64,000 nucleotides of DNA from Deltaproteobacteria bacterium (GCA_030694465.1 JAUXYJ010000018.1:6355-70354); one strand, 5' to 3'. Numbered from the stretch's first letter, positions 37,726 to 48,652 are shown. Made by a program: numbers and translations. Notes: generated by a model not told the origin, from the sequence alone.

Positions 37726-40500
37726 ATGAGCAACGAAAACGAAGGTCCTAAGACATCCCCTGACGAGACTCCTGAACCCGGCGCGGTGCCTGCGGCTGCC
37801 TCTGGGGGCGGCGCTGGCAACGGAAGCCCTGGCGTCCCCGTGGCAGCGGCCGCAGGCGCAGGCGGCGGAGACACCCGCGGGACCGTGCAGCCGGTGATCT
37901 TCGAAGAAGAGATGCAGAAGAGCTACCTGGACTACGCGATGAGCGTGATCGTGGGGCGCGCGATCCCGGACGCGCGCGATGGGCTCAAGCCCGTGCACCG
38001 CAGGATTCTCTACGCGATGCACCAGCTTAATCTCACGCCGGGGGGCAAGTTCGTAAAGTGCGCCCGGGTCGTGGGAGACGTGCTGGGTAAGTTTCATCCG
38101 CACGGAGACTCCAGCGTGTACGACGCGCTCGTGCGCATGGCGCAGGACTTCTCGATGCGCATGCCCTTGGTCGACGGCCAGGGAAACTTTGGCTCGGTCG
38201 AGGGCGACCCCGCCGCGGCGTATCGATACACCGAGTGCAAGCTCACGCGGTTGGCCGAAGAGATTCTCAAAGACATCGACAAAGAGACCACGGACTACTC
38301 GCCCAACTACGACGGCTCGACCGAAGAGCCCGACGTGTTGCCCGCGCGGTTTCCGAACCTGCTTGTCAACGGGACCAACGGGATCGCCGTGGGCATGGCG
38401 ACCAACATCCCGCCGCATAACCTCGGCGAAGTGATCGACGGGACGCTGCATCTCATCGACAACCCCGACTGCGACATCGAAGCGCTGATGGGCTTTGTCA
38501 AGGGCCCGGATTTTCCGACTGGGGCGTCCATTCTCGGGATCGATGGCGCGCGCAAAGCGTACCTCACGGGCCGCGGCAGCGTGACCATGCGCGCCAAGTG
38601 CGAGGTCGAGACCTACGGCAAGGGTGAGCGCGAGCGCATTGTCATCACCGAGATCCCCTACCAGGTCAACAGCGCCAAGCTCATCGAGCACATGGCCGAG
38701 CTCGTCCACGACAAAAAGATCGACGGCATCTCAGACCTCCGCAACGAGTCCTCGCGTGAGGGCATGCGCATCGTCGTTGAGCTCAAGCGCGACGCGGTCG
38801 CGCAGGTCGTGCTCAACCGGCTCTACAAACAGACGCAACTGCAAGACAACTTCGGTGTCTCGGCCCTCGCGATTGTCAACGGACAGCCCCGCGTGCTCGA
38901 CCTCAAGCAGCTCTTGCAGGTCTTCGTAGACCACCGCCGAGATGTCATCACGAGACGCACGCGCTACGAGCTTCGCAAGGCCGAGGGAGAGCGCGAGATC
39001 GTGCTCGGGTTGGGCATGGCGACCACCGAGATTGACTTGGTGATCGAGACCATCCGACGCTCGCCAGACTCCGAGGCCGCGCGCGAGGCGCTGATGGCGC
39101 TTCCGCTCAAGGGGCTCGAAGATTTTGTGCGTCGCGCGGGCCGCCCCGAGAGCGAGATCGAAGAGGCCTCGAAGGTCAAAGACTTTAGGCTCAGCGAGCG
39201 CCAAGCCAAGGCGATCTTGGACATGCGTCTCGCGCGGTTGACCGGCCTTGAGCGCGAGCGTTTGGCCACCGAGTATGGCGAACTCTCGAATGTTATCGCG
39301 TGGTTGCGTAGCATCCTCGGCGACGAGAGCGTCCTCCTTGGGGTCATCAAGAAAGAGCTCGAAGAGGTCCGCGCGAAGTACGCCGAGCCGCGTCGTACGC
39401 GCATCGAGGCCGCCGAGGGCGAGTTTACGATGGCAGACCTCGTGGCCGAAGAAGAGGTCGTGGTGACCCTCTCGCACCAGGGGTACGTCAAGCGCACTTC
39501 GCTCAGTGATTATCGCTCGCAGAACCGATCGGGCAAGGGAAGCTCGGGGATGGCTGTGCGAGACGCCGACTGGGTGCACCAGCTCTTTGTCTCAAGCTCG
39601 CACGACACGATCTTGATTCTCACCGACAAGGGCAAGGCGTTTACCAAAAAGATCTACGAGATCCCCGAGGCCGCGCGTGCGGCGCGTGGGCGCTCGATCG
39701 TCAACTTCTTGGGCCTAAGTGAGGGCGAGCGCGTGCGCGTGGTGCTCCCGGTCAAAGAGTTTAAAGAGGGCCTGGATTTGCTCACCGTTTCGCGCAACGG
39801 GCTGATCAAGCGCACAGACCTTACGGCCTATGGGCACATCCGGCAGACCGGGATCATCGGTGTCTCGATCGAGGACGATGACATGCTCTTGACCGCGGTC
39901 GTCGCCGATCCCGAGCAAGAGATCATGCTCGGCACTCTGAAGGGCATGAGCATTCGGTTTGCGATCACGGACGTGCGGCAGACGGGCCGAGACTCACGTG
40001 GAGTGAAGGGCGTCGAGCTGCGTGAGGGCGACCGCGTCGTGTCCGCCCGCGTGATCGAAGACCCGGCGAACCAGCACGTGCTCGCCGTGTGCGAAAACGG
40101 CTTCGGAAAACGCACCGAAAACAGCGAGTTTCGCACACAGCACCGCGGCGGCGTAGGGATCATCGCGATCGACGCCAGCGATCGCAACGGCGACGTCGTG
40201 GACCTGGCGCTCGTGCGCGAAGACGACCAGCTCATGGTGGTCACCGACAAGGGCCAGATCTTGCGGACTTTTGTCGCGCAGGTGCGCTTGGCCGGGCGCA
40301 ACACCCAGGGCGTCAAGATCATTGATGTCAACGATGGCGAGAAGGTCGTCGCGGTCGAGCGTGTCGAGCGCGGTGTGGGCGACGAAGAAGAGCTGGTGCC
40401 CGGCGTGGCCTCTGAGGGCGCATTGGCCGCGGCCGAGGGCGCCGCGACGAGCGAGACCGCCCCAGTGACCGAGAGCGCCGTCCCTGAGCCGACAGAGTGA
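37726..40500 (+). CDS. gyrA: DNA gyrase subunit A
   Basis: [32 protein letters not shown], a GyrA-box region and an acidic tail. The ATG at 37726 gives a ~50-aa low-complexity N-terminal extension. An in-frame GTG at 37885 would give the canonical length. Confidence 0.95.
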   Translation: MSNENEGPKTSPDETPEPGAVPAAASGGGAGNGSPGVPVAAAAGAGGGDTRGTVQPVIFEEEMQKSYLDYAMSVIVGRAIPDARDGLKPVHRRILYAMHQLNLTPGGKFVKCARVVGDVLGKFHPHGDSSVYDALVRMAQDFSMRMPLVDGQGNFGSVEGDPAAAYRYTECKLTRLAEEILKDIDKETTDYSPNYDGSTEEPDVLPARFPNLLVNGTNGIAVGMATNIPPHNLGEVIDGTLHLIDNPDCDIEALMGFVKGPDFPTGASILGIDGARKAYLTGRGSVTMRAKCEVETYGKGERERIVITEIPYQVNSAKLIEHMAELVHDKKIDGISDLRNESSREGMRIVVELKRDAVAQVVLNRLYKQTQLQDNFGVSALAIVNGQPRVLDLKQLLQVFVDHRRDVITRRTRYELRKAEGEREIVLGLGMATTEIDLVIETIRRSPDSEAAREALMALPLKGLEDFVRRAGRPESEIEEASKVKDFRLSERQAKAILDMRLARLTGLERERLATEYGELSNVIAWLRSILGDESVLLGVIKKELEEVRAKYAEPRRTRIEAAEGEFTMADLVAEEEVVVTLSHQGYVKRTSLSDYRSQNRSGKGSSGMAVRDADWVHQLFVSSSHDTILILTDKGKAFTKKIYEIPEAARAARGRSIVNFLGLSEGERVRVVLPVKEFKEGLDLLTVSRNGLIKRTDLTAYGHIRQTGIIGVSIEDDDMLLTAVVADPEQEIMLGTLKGMSIRFAITDVRQTGRDSRGVKGVELREGDRVVSARVIEDPANQHVLAVCENGFGKRTENSEFRTQHRGGVGIIAIDASDRNGDVVDLALVREDDQLMVVTDKGQILRTFVAQVRLAGRNTQGVKIIDVNDGEKVVAVERVERGVGDEEELVPGVASEGALAAAEGAATSETAPVTESAVPEPTE

Positions 40501-40610
40501 GCTGTACTTCGCAAAATGCGCTATGGTCCCCGGGATTTCGGTAGCGAGAGCTCTGGGTGATCACTGAGGGTGAGCGCGCCGGGGTGATCACAGCGCGCTG
40601 GGTGCATGCG

Positions 40611-41312
40611 ATGACGACCATTGTTCCGCCTCCCTCGAGTGTCCCGTACCCGCCGGTCGAGCCGGAGGTGGTCGCGGTGCACTTTCCAGACACACAGAAG
40701 CTCGGGCTTGATGAGCTCGCGGCGGTGTCGCGCACAATGTCCCCGGGGATGGTGCTCGCGGCCTATCGCCGTGGGATCTTCCCGTGGCCAGTGAATACGC
40801 GCGTAATCCCCTGGGTTTGTCCACGCGAACGCGCGGTCTATCGCTTGGATGAGCCCGACAGCTTCTCGCGCTCGCTGCGCAAAGTGGTCGCGCGTGGGAC
40901 CTTCACCGTGACCTTTGATCGCGCGTTTGAGCAAGTGATCGAAGCGTGCGCGACCTACCGGGACGGTGGCACCTGGATCACCCCGGCGGTGTTTCGCACG
41001 TACATCGAGCTGCACCAGCTCGGCTGGGCCCACTCGGTCGAGGTGTGGTCCGAAGACGGCCGCCTCGCAGGAGGGCTCTATGGCCTCGCCATCGGGCAAG
41101 CCTTCGCGGGCGAGAGCATGTTTCACCGCTGTCCCGATGCGTCCAAAGTCGCTTTTGTACACTTGGTCCAGCACCTTCGGGCGAGGGGCTTCACCATGCT
41201 CGACGCGCAGGTCGCCACGGACCATCTTCGCTCGCTTGGGTGCACGGTGATCCCGCGGACGACCTTCTTGACGCAGCTTGAGCAAGCCCAGCGCGAGACC
41301 GCCCGCTTTTAG
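40611..41312 (+). CDS. aat: leucyl/phenylalanyl-tRNA--protein transferase (N-end rule)
   Basis: AYRRGIFPW, W..P..R.V, and GG.YG..IG..F.GESMF...DASK pattern. Confidence 0.9.
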   Translation: MTTIVPPPSSVPYPPVEPEVVAVHFPDTQKLGLDELAAVSRTMSPGMVLAAYRRGIFPWPVNTRVIPWVCPRERAVYRLDEPDSFSRSLRKVVARGTFTVTFDRAFEQVIEACATYRDGGTWITPAVFRTYIELHQLGWAHSVEVWSEDGRLAGGLYGLAIGQAFAGESMFHRCPDASKVAFVHLVQHLRARGFTMLDAQVATDHLRSLGCTVIPRTTFLTQLEQAQRETARF

Positions 41313-42412
41313 AGCCCCGCGTGGCCCACGACGTGCGCGAGCTTCTCGTGCAAATTCTCTGGCGAAATATCGCTCACAAGCGTGTCAAACGCGGGCCGCA
41401 TGGCTTTGTACGCGAGGTCGAGATAGAGCGCCTCGTCGACAAAGTTTGTATCCAACGCGGGCATGGTCTCTTGGGCTAATTGCGCGAGGTTTTTGTAGGT
41501 CCCCGCGCGGATCATGAGCTCGGCAGAGCCCGCGAATTTGAGCAATCCGCCAGGGATCGCGCCGATCGCCGTGGTGCACATGGGCGGATAACACAGCCGC
41601 GTGGTGCGCACTCCGTACGCGCTCTGGATCCGCGCCAGACTCTCGCGTTGCATCAGCTTCGCGGCGGACAACGGGCCCATGCCGTAGACCGGGTCGCTGG
41701 GCTCAAACTCGTAGTCTGCAAACGCCACCAAGCTCTCGCCCGCGATGAGCAAGCCCGCTTGCGCGAGCGCATCCGCCCATGGATCGGTCGAGCGCCCCAT
41801 GAACTTGTTCGTGCGCTCGATGTCCTGCGCGGTGGCCACATCGACTTGGACAACGCCCACGCGGCGTACGCACTCCCAGGACGAATAGTCTGGCGTTTGC
41901 CTCACCGAATCAAACGCGACGTCGAGGTCTGGGACCTGCGTGGGGCCGTGCTCTTCGAAGCGCTTGGGCGCGCCCGCCGCGATGCCATTGATCAAGTGCA
42001 CCGCGCGGTAGCGAGCCTTGAGCTCTGCCACCACGCGCTCTAGGGTCGCCGGTGCGGTCGCGTCCGCGTTGACAAAGGTCGCGTCGAGGCCCGCCGCCAG
42101 CGCGCTCTCGGTGATGGCCCGCGCGTGGTGTGGACCGATTTGCAGCTTCTCGCTGTCGTAGTGCACCGCGTAGACGGGCACGCTCTCGCCAAACAAGAGC
42201 TGGATGGCCACCGCACGCAGGATGCCATTGGACCCACCGAGCAAGAGCACACACGCGCCGGGTTTTACGCCCGTGCCCACGCGCTTGAGCTGAGAGATCG
42301 CGTGCGCGAGGTCGTCTCGAGCGACCTTGGGGCCCTGTGTGGCCAGGACTTCAACGAGCGAACGTCGGTCGACACCCCCGAGGGGCGCCTTGGCAAAGAG
42401 TTGCAGGCTCAT
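41309..42412 (-). CDS. divergent FabV/TER-like enoyl reductase family protein (tentative)
   Basis: The ORF is solid. Rossmann-like VLLLGGSNGILRAVA, then TNKFMG..DPW..AL..AGLL..G...VA and PLSAAK, colinear with the FabV motifs I recall. This is a distant match at best. Confidence 0.5.
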   Translation of the reverse strand: MSLQLFAKAPLGGVDRRSLVEVLATQGPKVARDDLAHAISQLKRVGTGVKPGACVLLLGGSNGILRAVAIQLLFGESVPVYAVHYDSEKLQIGPHHARAITESALAAGLDATFVNADATAPATLERVVAELKARYRAVHLINGIAAGAPKRFEEHGPTQVPDLDVAFDSVRQTPDYSSWECVRRVGVVQVDVATAQDIERTNKFMGRSTDPWADALAQAGLLIAGESLVAFADYEFEPSDPVYGMGPLSAAKLMQRESLARIQSAYGVRTTRLCYPPMCTTAIGAIPGGLLKFAGSAELMIRAGTYKNLAQLAQETMPALDTNFVDEALYLDLAYKAMRPAFDTLVSDISPENLHEKLAHVVGHAGL

Positions 42413-42503
42413 GAGGGGGCTCTGTACTCCGAACCGCGCGCAGTTGTCTCGGTTGCTCCGAACGAGCGCCCGAGTCTTCGGTGTCCCACCCCAGAGCGCG
42501 CAG

Positions 42504-43199
42504 TTATTGCGCGTTCATGTCGGCCCCGGGCGTGACGGCGACGCTGTACGCGCCGGTCTTGAGCCCGTTGCCGTAGGTGGTCACACGCAGCGTGTGCATC
42601 GCGGTGGTCGTGGGGGTGTACACGATGCGGCTGTTGCGGTTCTCGGGCGAGATGTCGTCGTGCTCTTGGAGCGTCGCGCCGTTGAGAATCAGCAGGGCGT
42701 ACGTGTCGAGCACTTCGCCGGGCGAGCTGGTGCTCGGGCCGCCACGGATGACAAAGGTCACGGGCTGTCCAGCGGTGAGCATGATCTGATAATCATCGCC
42801 CACGGAGCCGTCTTGCAGGTGCGTGTCAGTGGTGTCGAGCGAGCCTGACTCGTTGCTCCCTACCTGGAGCATCCCCGCCGGAGCGCCTTGGCCCATGTTC
42901 GTGGGCTGCGCGGGCGGCGCACCGGGCTGTGCGGCCTGTGTGGGATCGGTGGGCTGTGCGCCGGGCATCATGCCGGGGGCCATCCCTGGCTGCGCAGCGG
43001 GCTGTCCAGCGGCCTGCGGCGCGGCCTGCGGCGCGGCCTGCGGGGCCATGGGCTGCTCGGGCGTCGTTGGGGCGCCAAGGGGCTGTCCAGCGGCGTTGGG
43101 GGCATTGTTGGGGTCGTTGTCGCGGTTGTTGCGGCGGCGATTGCAGCCGGTTGCGGCGAGGGCGACGAGGCAGAGCGAGAGGGCGAGGGTGCGTTTCAT
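42504..43199 (-). CDS. lipoprotein with a Pro/Ala/Gln-rich linker and a PPC-like C-terminal domain
   Basis: Internal ATG 43199 gives MKRTLALSLCLVALAATGC (lipobox). The 66-aa upstream extension in the track is Arg-rich. The C-terminus ...LRVTTYGNGLKTGAYSVAV is PPC-like. Confidence 0.65.
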   Translation of the reverse strand: MKRTLALSLCLVALAATGCNRRRNNRDNDPNNAPNAAGQPLGAPTTPEQPMAPQAAPQAAPQAAGQPAAQPGMAPGMMPGAQPTDPTQAAQPGAPPAQPTNMGQGAPAGMLQVGSNESGSLDTTDTHLQDGSVGDDYQIMLTAGQPVTFVIRGGPSTSSPGEVLDTYALLILNGATLQEHDDISPENRNSRIVYTPTTTAMHTLRVTTYGNGLKTGAYSVAVTPGADMNAQ

Positions 43200-43434
43200 G
43201 GGACTGTCGGGGCTCCTTCGGGGAGATTGGGATCGCCGCAGACGCACCGGTCTGACCCACAGCTTGGGCCTCGGTCTGCTGGTGCGATGCTCTCTGAGCG
43301 CGAAGAGACTACGCCTGCCGACAGCGAGGTCAACGAGTCTACGCAAGATTGGCCGCTCCGAACGCAAGAGATCACAAAGCGCGTGGCGACTTTTCATCTT
43401 TGCGAATCGTGTGGTTTATACTGCAAAATTATAG

Positions 43435-44508
43435 ATGGCGATGCGTTGGCTTAGCGTGGGGATTTTCTCAATGGTTACGGCAGGCTGTGCCATCCCGACC
43501 TTGGTGTTTGACAGCGGCCGACCCGACCGCGAGGATCCGCCCGAAGACACAGCGCCACGTCTGGATGCGGGGATGGACGCGAGGTTTGACAGGTCGGACG
43601 ACGCCGCGATGGACGACGCTCGCCCAGTGCGCGATGTCCCCGTGGTGGGCGTCGACCGGGCAAACCTCGATGCGCTCTCGCCGTGTCCCGCGGGGCAGAC
43701 GCTGTGCGGCACGGCATGCGTGGACACGCAGACTCACTCCAGCCACTGCGGTGCGTGTGGCATGGTCTGTACTCCCAGTGACGCCGGAGCGGTCTCGTGC
43801 GTCGCGGGGGCGTGTGTTCGCACGTGCCTGCCCACGCAGCGCTGTGGTGGGGAGTGCGGGATTAACTCTGGATGTTCGGTGCTTTTTTTAGAGACTCCCG
43901 CATGGCGAACGCTCTCGGCGTCCGCCGCCGAGTGCAACTTTGGGACGTACCAAATTAACGACACGTATTCTCCGTTTCGGTGCGGGCACGCTGCGCACGA
44001 GTACTGTGTGAGCCAGGGGTATTCGAGCGGCTGGGGGCCCATCTCGGCCTCGGCGACCGCGGCTACGGTGATCTGTGCTGTCGCAGGGTTCTACAGCGAG
44101 ATGGTCAATCTCTCGATTTTGGCCGCTGAAAACGCAGGGTGTACTGCCGGAGCGATCGGGAACCTCCCCTGTGCCAACGCGGCGGATCGCTACTGTCGCT
44201 TGCCCGCCGTGGGGCGCGCTTCAGGGTGGGGTGTGGCGCGCTGGGAGCCAGGGACTCAGCGCGCGGGGGTGCTCTGCCAGCCAACATGGTCGTCGGTACC
44301 CGCGATGGTCTCGCAGGCGACTATTCAGGCGCTGCCGTCGCCCTTAAACCAGTGCAACGCGGGGACTTTTAACGGCGCGCGGAGCCCCAACTGCATGGCC
44401 GCGGCCCACCAGCTCTGCCGAACGATGGACTTTGCTACCGGTCTCGGCCCCATCGGCGGCAGCATGGCTGCGGGCTGGAACCTGCTCTGCCTCCGCGCGC
44501 GGCCCTAA
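43435..44508 (+). CDS. Cys-rich lipoprotein with one HCGACG module and three 4-Cys repeats
   Basis: Lipobox VTAGC. HCGACGMVC....C..G.C...C module. Threefold internal repeat at aa 166-352. Confidence 0.6.
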   Translation: MAMRWLSVGIFSMVTAGCAIPTLVFDSGRPDREDPPEDTAPRLDAGMDARFDRSDDAAMDDARPVRDVPVVGVDRANLDALSPCPAGQTLCGTACVDTQTHSSHCGACGMVCTPSDAGAVSCVAGACVRTCLPTQRCGGECGINSGCSVLFLETPAWRTLSASAAECNFGTYQINDTYSPFRCGHAAHEYCVSQGYSSGWGPISASATAATVICAVAGFYSEMVNLSILAAENAGCTAGAIGNLPCANAADRYCRLPAVGRASGWGVARWEPGTQRAGVLCQPTWSSVPAMVSQATIQALPSPLNQCNAGTFNGARSPNCMAAAHQLCRTMDFATGLGPIGGSMAAGWNLLCLRARP

Positions 44509-44563
44509 CGCGCGCTCGGTGATCGCGGTCGAGCGCGTTGCGTGATAGAGCACCGCCACTGTC

Positions 44564-46060
44564 ATGGCTGAGAGCATTACGACGCGCGCAAAAGACTTTG
44601 CACAATGGTACCAAGACGTCATCCGGCAGGGGGACTTGGCAGAGAACGCCGAGGTCGTCCGCGGGTGCATGGTGATCAAGCCCCACGGGTACGCGATCTG
44701 GGAGAAAATCCAGGCCGATCTTGATCGTCGCTTCAAAGCGACGGGGCACAAGAACGCGTACTTTCCGTTGCTGATCCCGAAGAGCTTCTTGGCGAAAGAA
44801 GCGCAGCACGTGGACGGGTTTGCGATGGAGTGTGCGGTGGTGACCCACAGCGGGCTGCGCGCGGTCAAAGACGCCTCGGGCAAGGTCAGCATCGAGGTCA
44901 AAAACAAGCTCGAAGAAGAGTACGTGATCCGTCCCACCAGCGAGACGATCATTGGGCACTTCTTCGCCAAATGGATCCAGAGCTACCGCAATCTTCCGCT
45001 GCTGATTAACCAGTGGGCCAACGTGATGCGCTGGGAAATGCGCACGCGATTGTTTCTACGGACCACTGAGTTCTTGTGGCAAGAAGGGCACACGGCGCAC
45101 GCGGATCACGAAGACTCGCTGCGCGAAGTGCACCGCATGCTCGACGTGTACGCGGACTTTGCCGAGAACGTGATGGCCATGCCGGTCATCCGCGGCAAAA
45201 AGACCAACAGCGAGAAGTTCGCCGGCGCCCTCGATTCGTTTTGCATCGAGGCCATGATGCAAGACGGAAAAGCGCTGCAAGCCGGAACGTCGCATGACCT
45301 TGGGCAGAACTTTGGCCGCGCGTTTGACGTGAAGTTTCAGAGCAAAGAGGGCCGCGAAGAGTTTGTCTGGCAGACCTCGTGGGGCGTCTCGACGCGCCTT
45401 GTGGGCGGGCTGATCATGACCCACTCGGACGACGCGGGGCTGGTGCTTCCGCCCAAGCTCGCGCCGATTCATGTGGCGATTGTCCCGATTTTTAAGAGCG
45501 ACGACGACAAAGCGCGTGTGCTCGAGGCGTGTGTCAAAGTGCGCGACGCGGCGGTCGCGGTGGGCCTCGTGTGCGAGCTCGATGATCGCGACGACATGCG
45601 CCCTGGGTCCAAGCACTACGAGTGGGAGCAGAAGGGGGTGCCCGTGCGCATTGAGCTCGGGCCGCGCGATGTGGACGGTGGCGTGTGCGTGGTCAAGCGC
45701 CGCGATCGCGATCCCAAAGAGAAGACCTCGGTGGCGATCGAGGGCATCGGCGCGGTGCTCACGGGCTTGATGGACGAGATCCAAAAGGGGCTCTACGAGC
45801 GCGCGCTCGCTTTTCGCAAGGCGCACACGGTGCGGGCCGACACGTACGACGAGCTCAAGACCGCGCTCGATGGCGACGGAAAAATCGGAAACTTCGTCCT
45901 AGCTCACTGGGACGGGACCGCCGAGACCGAGGCCAAGATCAAAGAAGAGACCAAGGCCACCATCCGGTGCATCCCGTTTGAGCACGACGGCGAGACCGGC
46001 GTGTGTGTGTTGACGGGCAAGCCCAGCGCGCAGCGGGTGATCTTCGCGCGGGCCTACTAG
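44564..46060 (+). CDS. proS: proline--tRNA ligase (archaeal/eukaryote-like type)
   Basis: The N-terminus FAQWYQDVI....L......V.GCMVIKP.GYAIWE.I and its ~500-aa length fit the ProRS type that lacks the INS editing domain. Confidence 0.95.
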   Translation: MAESITTRAKDFAQWYQDVIRQGDLAENAEVVRGCMVIKPHGYAIWEKIQADLDRRFKATGHKNAYFPLLIPKSFLAKEAQHVDGFAMECAVVTHSGLRAVKDASGKVSIEVKNKLEEEYVIRPTSETIIGHFFAKWIQSYRNLPLLINQWANVMRWEMRTRLFLRTTEFLWQEGHTAHADHEDSLREVHRMLDVYADFAENVMAMPVIRGKKTNSEKFAGALDSFCIEAMMQDGKALQAGTSHDLGQNFGRAFDVKFQSKEGREEFVWQTSWGVSTRLVGGLIMTHSDDAGLVLPPKLAPIHVAIVPIFKSDDDKARVLEACVKVRDAAVAVGLVCELDDRDDMRPGSKHYEWEQKGVPVRIELGPRDVDGGVCVVKRRDRDPKEKTSVAIEGIGAVLTGLMDEIQKGLYERALAFRKAHTVRADTYDELKTALDGDGKIGNFVLAHWDGTAETEAKIKEETKATIRCIPFEHDGETGVCVLTGKPSAQRVIFARAY

Positions 46061-46065
46061 CGAGC

Positions 46066-46953
46066 TCAGTGCGACAGGGCGCCTCGGAGGGCGCTCAGGG
46101 GGCTCCAGTGGGTCGCGGGGCGGGGCGCGGCGGCGAGGGTGTCTAAGTCCCGCTGGATGCTCGCGCGGACGACCACGTCGAGGGCGTCGGGCTCACGAAG
46201 CGAGAGGCTTGCCCGGGGGTCGAGCGCTTCGCCCACCCGGTAGCGCAGGGTCGCGGGCAGGGGGATGTGCGGCCAGGGCCCAATCGCGAGCCCAAACGGC
46301 AGCGAGAGATGCACCGGAAAAATCTCAGCCCGGGCGAGCTTGTGCAGGCCCACGGCGCGCGCAAACCGGTTGCCATCGCTGAGCACCATCAGGGTCTCGT
46401 GCGCCCCGGCGTGAGCCACCGGGACCACCGGGACACCGTACTCAAGGGCCATGTGCGCGTAGCCCGTTCGGCCAGAGAAATCGCACTCAAAGCGCTTGCT
46501 GTACGGGCGCCAAGTCTCGCGGTCTCCGCCGGGCAAGACCAGCACATCGCGCTTGTAGTCACAGAGCACTTTGCGGCAGGTGTCTCGGGTCGCGCGGAGC
46601 ACGCCGCGGCGGGCAAAGAACTGCCCCGGCGCGTTGAGCGAGAAGATCATGTCGTGGGCCATCACGTGCAGCGGCCGCGCGGTGCCAAAGCGCTGGTACC
46701 ACCCGATCATCACGCCCCAGACATCGGGGATCGTGGTGCCGCCCGAGTGGTTCATGACGAGCATGGTGGGCTCGTCAGGGATGTTCTCTAAGCCATTGTA
46801 TTCACAAGGAAAATAGCTCTTCTCGCCGGTGAACATCGGCCGCACTTTGCGCAAGGTCTCTTCGACCGCGTCGCGCTCAAACTCGCGCGGGTCCAGCCCG
46901 TGTTGCGGTCCGCGGTCGCCATGAAGCCATCGGGTGAGTGTGCTCTGTTTCAT
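46066..46953 (-). CDS. lysophospholipid acyltransferase (PlsC/LPLAT)-like protein
   Basis: NHSGG...PD block and a downstream VLPGG motif. Tentative. Confidence 0.6.
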   Translation of the reverse strand: MKQSTLTRWLHGDRGPQHGLDPREFERDAVEETLRKVRPMFTGEKSYFPCEYNGLENIPDEPTMLVMNHSGGTTIPDVWGVMIGWYQRFGTARPLHVMAHDMIFSLNAPGQFFARRGVLRATRDTCRKVLCDYKRDVLVLPGGDRETWRPYSKRFECDFSGRTGYAHMALEYGVPVVPVAHAGAHETLMVLSDGNRFARAVGLHKLARAEIFPVHLSLPFGLAIGPWPHIPLPATLRYRVGEALDPRASLSLREPDALDVVVRASIQRDLDTLAAAPRPATHWSPLSALRGALSH

Positions 46954-46968
46954 TTGGTTGACTGACGT

Positions 46969-47922
46969 ATGTCAATGTCACGACTTTGCGCAATGTGCAA
47001 GCACCGGGCAGAGTCCCTGGCTGTGGCTACGCTGTTTGCACCCGAGCGTTGGATGCTCTCGAACTTACGCTTGCGGGGGTTTCGCACGCACCAGGTGCGC
47101 ACCTCGGTGGGCGACGTCGCGGCGGTCTCGGCCAAGGGCACCGGAGTGCTCCCGCCGATGGTGCTCTTGCATGGGCTCGGCTCGGCGGCGCTGCACCTTG
47201 GGCCGCTGCTGGTGCGCCTGCGCAAACACGCGCAGTCGGTGCTCGCGCTGGACCTTCCGGGGCATGGCGACAGCGCGGTGCCCGAAGACGGGCTCACGCC
47301 GGACTCGCTTGAGCGCGGGATGCTCGAAGCGCTGGACTCACTGGTGCTCTCTCCCAGTGTTTTTGTTGGCAATTCGCTCGGGGGCGCGGCGGCCCTGCGC
47401 TACACCCTCGCGCGCCCAGCGCAGGTGCGCTCGCTGGTCTTGCTCTCGCCCGCGGGGGCCTCGATGGGCTCTGAAGACTTCGCGCAGTTTCGGGCAAGCA
47501 TGAGCGTGGGCAACCGCGCCCAAGCCCGCGCGCTCATTGAGCGTGTGTTTGTGCGCCCGCCCATGCCCAAGGCCATGTTGGCCTGGGGCGCCGAGCGCAA
47601 GTTTGCCTCGCCCTCGGTGCGCTCGTTGCTGTTGCACTCGACGCAGGCCCACACGTTCTCGGCGGCCGAAGTGCGGAGCGTGAGCGCGCCCTCGCTCTTG
47701 CTCTGGCCCAAGGGCGACAAGGTGTTTCCGCCGGGATGCAAAGAGTTCTTTGCGACGCACTTGCGCGGAGTGAGCGTGCACGAGCCCGAAGACCTCGGCC
47801 ACAGCCCCTATCTCGAAGACCTCGGTGCGGTGACCGAGACCATGCTTCGGTGGCTCTATTTGCAGCACGAACGCGCTGACTCGGTCACCGAGCCCGCGGT
47901 GATCGAGCCCCCGCTGGGCTAA
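46969..47922 (+). CDS. alpha/beta hydrolase
   Basis: LLHGLGS, nucleophile elbow GNSLGG and a C-terminal HSP. An alternative ATG at 47053 would leave room for divergent promoters. Confidence 0.8.
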   Translation: MSMSRLCAMCKHRAESLAVATLFAPERWMLSNLRLRGFRTHQVRTSVGDVAAVSAKGTGVLPPMVLLHGLGSAALHLGPLLVRLRKHAQSVLALDLPGHGDSAVPEDGLTPDSLERGMLEALDSLVLSPSVFVGNSLGGAAALRYTLARPAQVRSLVLLSPAGASMGSEDFAQFRASMSVGNRAQARALIERVFVRPPMPKAMLAWGAERKFASPSVRSLLLHSTQAHTFSAAEVRSVSAPSLLLWPKGDKVFPPGCKEFFATHLRGVSVHEPEDLGHSPYLEDLGAVTETMLRWLYLQHERADSVTEPAVIEPPLG

Positions 47923-47928
47923 GACAAC

Positions 47929-48438
47929 TCAGGCCGCGGCGTGCTGTGCGAGCTGCCCCATCAGAGCCCGGGCCTCGCCGTCAAACCACTGCTGCAACGT
48001 TCGCACGATGTAGCGCTCGGCCATCGCGCGCCCAATGGGGATCTGGAGGTTAAGCGTTCCCTCAATGATCCGAGCCGTGCGCGCGCCTTGCGGCTGCAGA
48101 CGGTAGACGCCTTGCGAGGCAAACACCTCCTTCCATTTCTCTGGGAGGTTGGGCTCGATCACAAACTTTGCGGCGTGCGTCGTGAGGTCCCACGTGACGT
48201 GCTCGACCCACTGGGTCATGTCTTGGCTGACCCCACGGGCGAAGCTCGGGATCTCGACGGAGGGGGTAAACCGCTTGCGAATTTTCACGGTATTCGCGTT
48301 GTGCTCGCGCGCGATGATCTCAACCGCAGAGATCCCTGGCATAAACCGCGCGAGCACGGCGGTGGTCGCAGGGGCCAGCACGGTCTGCTCGACCTCGTGC
48401 AGCGACGCGTTGATCGTGTGTTCGATGCGCCAATCCAT
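47929..48438 (-). CDS. SRPBCC/DUF2505-like hypothetical protein
   Basis: 169 aa from the internal ATG (MDWRIEHTINASL...). The family guess is from general resemblance only. Confidence 0.45.
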   Translation of the reverse strand: MDWRIEHTINASLHEVEQTVLAPATTAVLARFMPGISAVEIIAREHNANTVKIRKRFTPSVEIPSFARGVSQDMTQWVEHVTWDLTTHAAKFVIEPNLPEKWKEVFASQGVYRLQPQGARTARIIEGTLNLQIPIGRAMAERYIVRTLQQWFDGEARALMGQLAQHAAA

Positions 48439-48652
48439 GGTGGACAGTCTCTCTTGGATGGAGTTCGTGTAGAAACTTCTGCGCAATCGCAGCAGCCCTC
48501 TGAGGGGCTATTGCACGACGGCACTACGCGCCGCGGTGTGTGAAGGGTTTCGATGCCCTGGGGGAGGCGCCCGTTGCGTGCTCGCGTTGAAGTGCGCCCT
48601 TAGGGGGGTCGCTCGCTGTGCGACGCCCGCCGATTGGTCGTACACTGCGCGC

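Noticed and set aside
37483-38709. 408-aa minus-strand ORF
   Set aside because: It is antisense to the 5' part of gyrA and has no motifs.
40555-40595. Two copies of GGGTGATCAC (palindromic TGATCA core) between gyrA and aat
   Set aside because: The motif is short and occurs twice in 40 nt, which could be chance. No supporting structure or conservation can be judged from this window.
43011-43046. 3 x 12-nt tandem repeat (GGCCTGCGGCGC)
   Set aside because: It is real but trivial. It encodes the PQAA x3 part of a Pro/Ala/Gln linker in the 42504-43199 lipoprotein. I do not consider it a separate feature of interest.
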